Origin: an uncultured Christensenellaceae bacterium
GTDB taxonomy: Bacteria > Bacillota > Clostridia > Christensenellales > SZUA-584
Direction: 5' to 3'
DNA: 64,000 nucleotides
NCBI GenBank assembly: GCA_964441275.1
Contig: CAYTUG010000005.1
Span: 8,791 to 72,790 of the forward strand
How positions within the stretch are numbered: position 1 is the stretch's first letter; each line of letters begins with the position of its first letter. Shown here in pieces: positions 37,516 to 45,412 of the stretch. The notes under the pieces are model-generated. The model did no database searches, was not told the DNA's origin, and worked only from the letters and a program-made list of their open reading frames with translations. The position numbers and the translations under genes are program-made.

Positions 37516-40500
37516 ATGAAAAACCGATTGATTTTTATAACTTTAATTGCACTTATTATCACGCAGCTAATCCTTCCTTTTCCAAATGCTTATGCTGACG
37601 ATGAGAGAAACGTAATGGATTTAGACCCACCTCTTGCGGGAATTACAGGTTCAATTTTTAAAGCATATGACAACATAACCGGGGAAGAAGTAGAAGATTA
37701 TAATAATATCCCTCAAAACGCAACAATACTGATTAGCTATGAATTTGTCGTTTACGATGCTGCAAACCCTGCCGATGATGTAAAGTCGGGCGACTTTTTC
37801 TCTATTGCTCTTCCAGCTTCTCTGACCGATATCGCAAGTTTTGACCCTATTACTGACCGGCCAATTGAAATTGAATGGCAAGGCGATACTTACACCATTG
37901 CATATTTAAACATAACCGCTTCAGGTATTGCAACAATTACGTTTGCGCCAGATGTTGAAACCCTTTCAGATGTTAGCGCAAACTTTTTGATAGACGGGCA
38001 TTTTTTAGAAGAAAACATAGGCAATGAAAGCGGCGGCAGCTTTCAGCTGCATGCCGAGGGCACCATATTTGAAATCGGGTTTGAGCAAGACTCTTTGCCC
38101 CCCGAGCCTATACAAGCCACAATAGAAAAAACCGGCGACTATAACCCGGCTGCCAATGAAATTACCTGGACCGTTACCGTAAATACAGGCGATGACGCAT
38201 CGTTAGACGATGTCGTAGTAGTAGATAGGTTAGGGCCTAACCAGATATTCAAATCAACATCAATTGACAGCGATAAAGTTAGCATCAATGATGATGGCGA
38301 TTATGTTTTTGATTTGGGAAGCGTTGCTTCCACGAAAACTTTTTTTATAAAAACAACGCCCACCGAAGAAGCGTTTGGTGCCGAGCGGACAACTAAAATT
38401 TTAACAAACGAAACAGATTTATACGTAGGCGCTTTAGATAAACCCACAGATACTGATGACGCACAGGTAAGTATAACAACCGATTGGTTGCGAAAAAGCG
38501 GCACTGCGAGACAGGTTGACGGCGTATATTACATTGACTGGACTATTACGCTTAACAACAATAACCGTATAATTCCCGCCGGTTCCACAGTTACCGATTC
38601 AATTCCGGCATATCTTGAGTTAGATCTGTCAACTTTTAAAAGAAACGGACAAGAACCCGCTACTTTCAACGATTCGGTATCGTTTAACGCACCTGCGTTT
38701 ACATATACTTTTAATCCGGAAGGCGGCGACATTGAGGGTATACAAACAATTAGCTTTACAACCAAGGTGGCGGACAGCTATTTTCAACAGCAGTCCCAAA
38801 CATACTTTTTTAATACAGGAACGCTCAATATAGGTGATGATTCTTACAGCGATGCATCGGGTAATGTATCAGTGGGCACAAGCTTGCTTTACAAAAGCGG
38901 CAAAGGATATGACGCTTCCAATCAACTTATCACATGGGAGTTAGAGGTTAACAGAAACGGCAGAGAAATCACCAACGCTACTATTGTAGATACTTTAGGA
39001 AACAAACAAATATTGTTTGAAGATTTTATCATAACACGCCGCGATGGCGCAATAACCCAAGACCTAACGAGAGTGTATACGGAATCAGAAGTCAATCATT
39101 CTGCCAACCAATATTATTATAATCAAGTTGATAAGGTTGTAACAATATTTCTCGGTGATTTGACGGGCGATGATCATCCATATATTACGTTTAAAACCAA
39201 AGTTACAGACCCGAATGACTTTGCAAACAATAAATCAACAACATACCGTAATAACTCGGCCGTGCTTACCGGCGGGGGTATTATGCAATCCGCAATTACC
39301 AATACAAGTCAAAACGTTAACAGCCAAGTAATCGCAAAAACTTCAACGGGCTACGATTACGTAACGCGCATATTATCGTGGAAAATAGTTGTCAATCAAA
39401 ACAATATGGTAATGCCCGATGCTGTTATCACCGATACTGTTCCGGACGGCCAGGCGTTTATCGAAGGCTCTTTTCTTATCGACTCGATAGAGCCGGGTGA
39501 CCAACTCGAACTGGACGGAAACAACTTTACAATACATTTGGGTGAGATATCAAACCAGGTCGTTATCACTTTTGATACCATAGTAACAGATTTAAGCGTG
39601 TTTCTCAGCACGAACGGCAATGTCGTTTTCCAAAACGACGCCACGCTAAATTCAGGCATTGCAGGGGCGCCAAGCGTGACTGTTCGTGGAACGCGAGAGG
39701 TTTTAAACAAGGCTATTGAAAAGAATCTGTTAACTGAGTATAACGCGATTAACGGTTTTATCGGTTGGGAAGTTTTTATAAATTCAAACCAAGTGATGAT
39801 GGAAAATGCTTGCCTTGCGGACACGCTTGAAGAGGGCCTTGAATTAGATACCGAGTCTATCGAGCTATACTATTGGAATCAAGATTCTGCAGGAAATCAT
39901 ACAATTGGCGGGCAAGTGCCGGCCGAAGATTTTAGCTTTACATATGATTTTAGCACTCGGCTATTTTTGATGTTCTTGCCTGACGGCGCGCAAGGCTATT
40001 ATATGAAGTTTAACACGGATGTGCTTGCGCCTGGCAAATACAGCAACACGATTAGCTTTACAGGTTCGTATATAGGTTCAGATTCGGCTTCATCGGGCTA
40101 TACTGTAACCGGCGGCGATATAACTGCAAGCGGAAGCGGGTGGAACGGAAGCGTAATTATCCAAAAGAGCGACGAAAATGGCGTGCCCATCGCTGAGCCC
40201 GCAGAATTTGAGCTGCTCGACAGCATGAAAATTGTTAAAGCAGCACTTATGACAGATTCTAATGGCAGGGCAACATTTAACAGGCTTAAGCTTCGGACTT
40301 ATTATATTCGTGAAGTTAAGGCGCCTTTGGGTTATGTATTAGACGACAGTGAAATTGAAGTTGTATTAACCAACGATACCCCCGAAACAAGAAATCAAAC
40401 TATAAATGTACGCAACTATATGCTTCGCGCAGATATCATTATGCAAAAGCAAGACGAGCAAGGAAACGTTCTTTCCGGAGGGTTGTTCTCAATATACGAT

Positions 40501-41118
40501 TCCGCGGACACCGATTTTTCAGTCCCGCTGCAAACGGTAAGTGCAGAAAATGGGTTGGTGCGGTTCTCTAATCTGTTACCCGGAGAATACAATATTAAAG
40601 AAATACTGCCGCCGCAAGGCTATTATCTGACCGATACCGTAATAAATGTGTCTTTGTTGTTGGATACGCAAAACAACATGCTTGATGATTTAGAATTAGA
40701 TGAGCCGCTAATAAACAACAGAATAATAGGAGCAATTGAACTGCAAAAAGTAGACACAAATAACAAGCCGCTTCAAGGCGCCCGCTTCGGGCTGTATAAC
40801 GGCTCTGGAGTTTTTGTTGACGAAGCTGTTTCCGACGATGAAGGCATCGTTCTGTTTAGCGATGTCCCCTACGGGACATACACTGTTAAAGAACTTGCAG
40901 CTCCTGACGGATACAGGCTTACGGGGCAGACAATATCCGTTAATGTGGTATCAGATGGCATAACTAAAGCCGTTCCGTACAATATTATAAACGTCTCTTC
41001 GAAGTTGCCCAAAACCGGCGGTTTTTGGGACACTGCTTTATTTGTTACGCTCGGAGCATTGCTTATTGTGGCAGGCAATGTTATTCTGCTTTACCGAAAA
41101 CTAAAGAATGAACAATAA
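37516..41118 (+). CDS. LPXTG-anchored adhesin with tandem Collagen_bind-like domains and three CnaB-type domains
   Basis: Signal peptide ...PFPNAYA. Five repeats of the W.(V/I).(V/I)N motif (ITWTVTVN, IDWTITLN, ITWELEVN, LSWKIVVN, IGWEVFIN). Three CnaB-like modules (...IQKSDENG..., ...MQKQDEQGN..., ...LQKVDTNNKPL...Y.VKE..AP.GY). C-terminal LPKTGG, TM helix and basic tail. Confidence 0.9.
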   Translation: MKNRLIFITLIALIITQLILPFPNAYADDERNVMDLDPPLAGITGSIFKAYDNITGEEVEDYNNIPQNATILISYEFVVYDAANPADDVKSGDFFSIALPASLTDIASFDPITDRPIEIEWQGDTYTIAYLNITASGIATITFAPDVETLSDVSANFLIDGHFLEENIGNESGGSFQLHAEGTIFEIGFEQDSLPPEPIQATIEKTGDYNPAANEITWTVTVNTGDDASLDDVVVVDRLGPNQIFKSTSIDSDKVSINDDGDYVFDLGSVASTKTFFIKTTPTEEAFGAERTTKILTNETDLYVGALDKPTDTDDAQVSITTDWLRKSGTARQVDGVYYIDWTITLNNNNRIIPAGSTVTDSIPAYLELDLSTFKRNGQEPATFNDSVSFNAPAFTYTFNPEGGDIEGIQTISFTTKVADSYFQQQSQTYFFNTGTLNIGDDSYSDASGNVSVGTSLLYKSGKGYDASNQLITWELEVNRNGREITNATIVDTLGNKQILFEDFIITRRDGAITQDLTRVYTESEVNHSANQYYYNQVDKVVTIFLGDLTGDDHPYITFKTKVTDPNDFANNKSTTYRNNSAVLTGGGIMQSAITNTSQNVNSQVIAKTSTGYDYVTRILSWKIVVNQNNMVMPDAVITDTVPDGQAFIEGSFLIDSIEPGDQLELDGNNFTIHLGEISNQVVITFDTIVTDLSVFLSTNGNVVFQNDATLNSGIAGAPSVTVRGTREVLNKAIEKNLLTEYNAINGFIGWEVFINSNQVMMENACLADTLEEGLELDTESIELYYWNQDSAGNHTIGGQVPAEDFSFTYDFSTRLFLMFLPDGAQGYYMKFNTDVLAPGKYSNTISFTGSYIGSDSASSGYTVTGGDITASGSGWNGSVIIQKSDENGVPIAEPAEFELLDSMKIVKAALMTDSNGRATFNRLKLRTYYIREVKAPLGYVLDDSEIEVVLTNDTPETRNQTINVRNYMLRADIIMQKQDEQGNVLSGGLFSIYDSADTDFSVPLQTVSAENGLVRFSNLLPGEYNIKEILPPQGYYLTDTVINVSLLLDTQNNMLDDLELDEPLINNRIIGAIELQKVDTNNKPLQGARFGLYNGSGVFVDEAVSDDEGIVLFSDVPYGTYTVKELAAPDGYRLTGQTISVNVVSDGITKAVPYNIINVSSKLPKTGGFWDTALFVTLGALLIVAGNVILLYRKLKNEQ

Positions 41119-41821
41119 GCATTGTAAAGATTGCATAACAATAAAAAAATATAATATGCCGGTTTCTCATAACAACGAGAGGTTGCGTAGGCGCAAACTA
41201 TTGCCGGTTATCATTTCTGTTGTTTTAATTCTGTCCGGCGTTATAATAATTGTTTTTGCGCTTGAGGCTAAATTAAAGGAATGCGCTGTACAATCCAATC
41301 TGCGCAGCATTTATGCAAAACAGGCTAAACCGGCCGAAACAACGCCTGCAGCCGGCTTTACACCAATAATTTTACCCGGCGATAATATGGAATACGATGA
41401 GATGGACGACAGTTTATCATCGCCGCTTAAACCCGTGTGTTTGTTGAAAATCCCAAAGATATCGCTTGATGTCGCAGTAGCGCAGGGTACAAACAATTCC
41501 GTGCTGCGTTATGCAGTAGGCCATTTTGAAGGAACGGCATTTCCGGGCGATACGGGCAACTTTTGCCTTGCGGGGCATAGAAGTTACACTTCGGGACAAT
41601 TTTTTAATCGGTTGGATGAGATTGAAATTGGCGATGAGCTAATTATAGATTACTTCGACAATACTTACACCTATATCGTTTCCGATATATTTGTCGTCAG
41701 GCCGGACGATATTTGGGTTCTCGACCCTACTTCCGATTCACAGATAACGTTGGTTACATGCACTCCAATCCGCGTTTCTACGCACAGGCTTATAATAAGA
41801 GGTTTTTTACAGCCAAAATGA
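41108..41821 (+). CDS. Sortase-family transpeptidase
   Basis: N-terminal TM anchor, ...FCLAGHRSY (catalytic His region), QITLVTCTP (TLxTC Cys), ...RLIIRG (Arg). The start may be ATG 41156. The track start overlaps the adhesin gene by 11 nt. Confidence 0.85.
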   Translation: MNNKHCKDCITIKKYNMPVSHNNERLRRRKLLPVIISVVLILSGVIIIVFALEAKLKECAVQSNLRSIYAKQAKPAETTPAAGFTPIILPGDNMEYDEMDDSLSSPLKPVCLLKIPKISLDVAVAQGTNNSVLRYAVGHFEGTAFPGDTGNFCLAGHRSYTSGQFFNRLDEIEIGDELIIDYFDNTYTYIVSDIFVVRPDDIWVLDPTSDSQITLVTCTPIRVSTHRLIIRGFLQPK

Positions 41822-41950
41822 ACACTTTTCCGTCAGGTTTTTTGTTTGTAATAATTACTTCAAATGTAAAATATCTTACCCGCCCGCTCGGGTGGCAACC
41901 GCCAACAAATTTCCTTAAACACTACACTGTCCAATATGTTTGACAAACCT

Positions 41951-42154
41951 ACATGCCCCTTCGTGCCAAAAATCAATATTTGTCGAAATCACAATCATAA
42001 ACCTTGGGTTACGGTATAAATAATACGGTATATCAGAAGGACAGAGTGTTTTTGTAAGCACCACATTTCGATGGGCTTTAAATGTTTGGAGAATTACATA
42101 TCGAGTATTGGATTAACCGGGTTTTTGTGTTAGGCAATTAAACTTGCAATTTAG
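41951..42154 (+). repeat. IS30-end-like repeat, copy 2 (right flank of the adhesin-sortase cassette)
   Basis: Same orientation as copy 1. It ends in GGCAATTAAACTTGCAATTTA (42133-42153). Confidence 0.65.
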
Positions 42155-42179
42155 ACAGATTAAAAAACAGAATTATACC

Positions 42180-42208
42180 TTGACAGGCGATGTAATCTGT
42201 AATATTAT
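42180..42208 (+). promoter_or_regulatory. Sigma-A-type promoter of the PadR operon
   Basis: TTGACA (42180-42185), 17-nt spacer, TATTAT (42203-42208), just downstream of the repeat end. Confidence 0.55.
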
Positions 42209-42254
42209 ATATCTAATTCAACCAACTATATCAGCTATTGAAGGGGGTGCTTTG

Positions 42255-42587
42255 GTGTCAATAACGTCTGATATTATAAGAGGGCATACCGAAACAATCA
42301 TTTTGGCACATCTGATAAAAGGTGACAGCTATGGATACGAAATAAACAAATCGATTCAACAGAAATCGCAAAATCAATATGAGTTTAAGGAGGCAACCCT
42401 CTACACTGCTTTCAAGCGGCTTGAGGAAGCCGGCAGCGTAAACTCGTATTGGGGAGATGAACTTAGCGGTGCGCGGCGAAAATATTATTCTATCACCAAC
42501 TATGGAAGGCAAACGTATGCGCGGCTTAAAGAAGAATGGCGTACAGCTAAAATAATAATTGATAATCTGATAAATATGAAAGGATGA
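42255..42587 (+). CDS. PadR-family transcriptional regulator
   Basis: ...RGHTETIILAHLIKGDSYGYEINKSI...EATLYTAFKRLEEAGSVNSYWGDE...RRKYYSITNYG. GTG 42255 lies 7 nt after AAGGGGG. The ORF track start (42144) lies upstream of the predicted promoter. Confidence 0.85.
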   Translation: MSITSDIIRGHTETIILAHLIKGDSYGYEINKSIQQKSQNQYEFKEATLYTAFKRLEEAGSVNSYWGDELSGARRKYYSITNYGRQTYARLKEEWRTAKIIIDNLINMKG

Positions 42588-43240
42588 TAAAAATGAAAGA
42601 TAAACTTCGCGATTATATTGAAGAACTTTTCAAGGATGCGCCTCCAACAAAAAAGACGGTTGATATGAAAGAAGAAATTCTGCAAAATCTTAACGAAAAA
42701 TATAAAGACCTCGTATCCGAAGGCAAAAGCGAGCAAGCGGCTTATAACATTGCCGCGGCCAGTATTGGGGATATCAGCGAACTTATAAGGGAATTAAAAG
42801 GAGCCGACGGTGCGCAGTTCGGAGCCGCAATCGAAGAAAATAAGTATATACGCCGCAGCGCACTGCTTACTGCAATCGCCGTGGGCATTTATATACTCAG
42901 TATTGTGCCCCTGTTTTTGCTTGGCAACCATATTGGCTTAATTTTGCTGTTCGTGTTCGCCGCAATTGCAACCGCCATTCTAATTTTCAACAATATGACT
43001 AAACCGGAAAGCGTTAAAACCGCTAACACAATCGCCGAAGAATTCAAAGAATGGCGCGAATCCACCGGCGAAAAGAGAAGGGCGTATAAATCCATCAGCT
43101 CCGCTGTGTGGGCGCTTACGGTTGTTGTGTATTTTTTAATCAGCTTTACCACACATGCGTGGCACATCACATGGATTATATTTTTGGTTGCCGGCGCAAT
43201 AAACAGCATCGTAAAAGCTATATTCGATTGGAAAGCTTAG
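42584..43240 (+). CDS. PadR-associated membrane protein (DUF1700 / permease-prefix-like N-terminal domain)
   Basis: ...LRDYIEELFKDAPPTKKTVDMKEEILQNLNEKYKDLVSEGKSEQAAYNIAAASIGDISELI, then 4 TM helices. It overlaps the padR stop by 4 nt. Confidence 0.6.
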   Translation: MIKMKDKLRDYIEELFKDAPPTKKTVDMKEEILQNLNEKYKDLVSEGKSEQAAYNIAAASIGDISELIRELKGADGAQFGAAIEENKYIRRSALLTAIAVGIYILSIVPLFLLGNHIGLILLFVFAAIATAILIFNNMTKPESVKTANTIAEEFKEWRESTGEKRRAYKSISSAVWALTVVVYFLISFTTHAWHITWIIFLVAGAINSIVKAIFDWKA

Positions 43241-43250
43241 GAGGGAACGT

Positions 43251-44114
43251 ATGAAAACTTCGGTATTATTGAGAATTATCATTTGGTCTATAGTCACGGT
43301 GCTGCTCGTTGCCATTTTGGTGTTTTTCGTAACCGTGAAGCCATCGTGGTTAAGTTTGCCTGAATGTTTTTGCTACTCAAACAGTGATCTGTACACAGCC
43401 GGCCCGGGCAGCGTACAAGCGCGCAGTATCAGCGAAGTAGAAATACATTGGGTTGCCGGCAGTGTTAACGTTTCAACTTATTCCGGCGACCAAATAGTGT
43501 TTAGCGAATCGGCAAACAGACAGCTTGATTTGAATGAGCAGATGCAGTATTACATTAAAAACGAAAAGCTGATAATTCAATATTGCAAGCAAATAAAATT
43601 TTTCGGCTGGACAAATTTAGAATCCCCAAAGGTCCTCGATATCAAAATCCCGGCGGCTACTGTGCTGAAAAACATTCAAGTTGAATCTGTCTCTTCTTCC
43701 GTAAATATACAAGAGGTAAGCGCAGATATCATCTCTACTGAAAGCGTATCGGGTTCAGCCTGTTTTTCTAACATTATCTGCACCCGGCTTGATTCTAAAA
43801 CTGTATCCGGTTTATTAAACGTTACCGGCGATATTGATACTGCAAATATTGTGAGCGTATCGGGCAGCATAGACTTAGCCCCCGGAAAGAATGCTAAAAG
43901 CATTAATGCGGAAACGGTAAGCGGGGCAATCAATGTTACCCTTCCGGAAAACGACGGCTTTACAGTGCATTATTCATCATTAAGCGGCGGCTTCCGATGT
44001 TATTTCCCCACCGTATCAACCGCCAAAAACACAGCAACCTATAAAGACGGCAAAATTCAAATTAATACCTCGACTATAAGCGGCGATACAACCGTTAAAC
44101 AACAATTTTTTTAA
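43251..44114 (+). CDS. DUF4097-family beta-strand-repeat protein (LiaG-like), N-terminal TM anchor
   Basis: Repeated ...VSG(S/A)(I/V)... strands (VSSSVNIQ, VSGSACFS, VSGLLNVT, VSGSIDLA, VSGAINVT, LSGGFRCY, ISGDTTV). This is the usual third gene of PadR-DUF1700-DUF4097 modules. Confidence 0.65.
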   Translation: MKTSVLLRIIIWSIVTVLLVAILVFFVTVKPSWLSLPECFCYSNSDLYTAGPGSVQARSISEVEIHWVAGSVNVSTYSGDQIVFSESANRQLDLNEQMQYYIKNEKLIIQYCKQIKFFGWTNLESPKVLDIKIPAATVLKNIQVESVSSSVNIQEVSADIISTESVSGSACFSNIICTRLDSKTVSGLLNVTGDIDTANIVSVSGSIDLAPGKNAKSINAETVSGAINVTLPENDGFTVHYSSLSGGFRCYFPTVSTAKNTATYKDGKIQINTSTISGDTTVKQQFF

Positions 44115-44208
44115 TTAGCTATCGCTGTTTAAGCAAAATTTTAATATTTTTGATGACAAAGAAGCGAAAACTGCCGCATCCGGTTCATCGGAACGTCGGC
44201 AGCATCGT

Positions 44209-44391
44209 TCAGTACTTGCCAAACTCCGGCTTGATGCAGTCCATGTCGATCTGTGCTTCAGTCAGAATGTTTGGAATCTCTGGACTGTCAGGCAATACCG
44301 CATCTCCAGTTCGCAGCAGGAATCTGCAGACCATTTGGTTGAGCATCTCGGCCTGCCCCGACAGCTGTTCGTTAGCAGCGGCGGCCTCCTG
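44209..44391 (-). pseudogene. 3' fragment of a methyl-accepting chemotaxis protein gene
   Basis: QEAAAANEQLSGQAEMLNQMVCRF...KPEFGKY* parallels the C-terminus of the intact MCP ([24 protein letters not shown]...DNGFGKY*). No signalling domain lies upstream. Confidence 0.6.
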
Positions 44392-44688
44392 CCTTGGCAT
44401 CGTGAACGCGTTTACTGCAAATTTGGAAGAACGCAAACGTCAGATCGGGCTGCTGCGCGCGGTAGGCGCGACAAGAAAGCAAATACGCGGCACATTCGGA
44501 CGGGAGGCGCTAATCGCGCAGGCATCTTTATACCTTTGGGAGCGCTTCTGGTATGCCTCACCGAGTGGAGCATAACGGGGCTGCTTGGCGAAAACTATAC
44601 ATTCGCCCCGGATGTTTTTATTATTTTCGCGTTGGGGTTTTCGGCATACGGTTATACTATTATCAGTTGTCTGGTTGATATTTCTTAA
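44390..44688 (+). pseudogene. 3' fragment of an FtsX/MacB-type ABC permease gene, frameshifted
   Basis: CLGIVNAFTANLEERKRQIGLLRAVGATRKQIRGTFGREALI (FtsX loop motif). After a frameshift near 44520 it continues ...IPLGALLVCLTEWSITGLLGENYTFAPDVFIIFALGFSAYGYTIISCLVDIS*. Confidence 0.6.
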
Positions 44689-44887
44689 TATGTTAGCTCT
44701 GCATTCGCAATTTTTGAATATAACAAATAAGAAGCAAGTTTTACTTGATTCATTCGATTAGCTCAAGTACCACAAAATCTGATACATCAAGCAGATAGTT
44801 AGCAAATAAGAAACCAAAACCCGCAAAACAAATGTTGATTCCTTCAGTTACATAGACCAGCTCTTTGCTCTATGGCTTATTTGCGGC

Positions 44888-45166
44888 TTAGGTGGTACCC
44901 GCTTCCGTGCTCAGACTACCAGTATTTTTTATATCAATAATGATTTTATCTGAATTGTTACGGTATTTTTCTTTGGCGTTGATAACATCAAGGAAAAACT
45001 CCACCCTCTCAACACTTGTTATGCCGCTGGCTTCAAAATTTGTATCGACAATGCAGATGAAATCTCTCATTGCCCTTCCTGATGCAACCCTCGTATCGGA
45101 ACCAACGGTGAACGCTATTCCGTTGGCTGAAAAATCGTATGCATAAACGCTTATCTCTATGTTCAT
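44888..45166 (-). CDS. Hypothetical protein, possibly a gene fragment
   Basis: The reading frame stays open upstream to 45262 without an ATG (AKVIIYDEDEVRVYYLGYAIDSLSG...). There is no convincing RBS, and the ORF sits among other gene fragments. Confidence 0.3.
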   Translation of the reverse strand: MNIEISVYAYDFSANGIAFTVGSDTRVASGRAMRDFICIVDTNFEASGITSVERVEFFLDVINAKEKYRNNSDKIIIDIKNTGSLSTEAGTT

Positions 45167-45412
45167 ATCGTTCTCTATATACAGCTTTACCTGCGGACCG
45201 GAAAGCGAATCTATGGCATACCCGAGATAATAAACCCGAACTTCATCCTCATCATAAATGATAACCTTTGCTTAGCTTCCTCGCCCTGCGGGGCAGCCGC
45301 CGTTACCGGCGGCGTGTTCGCTCGATTGTGTGTCGGGGCGGAAACGCCGCAAGCCGCGGGGAAAGCGTGTGCAAGAGCGGCAGCTCAATCGCCACCATCA
45401 TTTTCATTCCTT

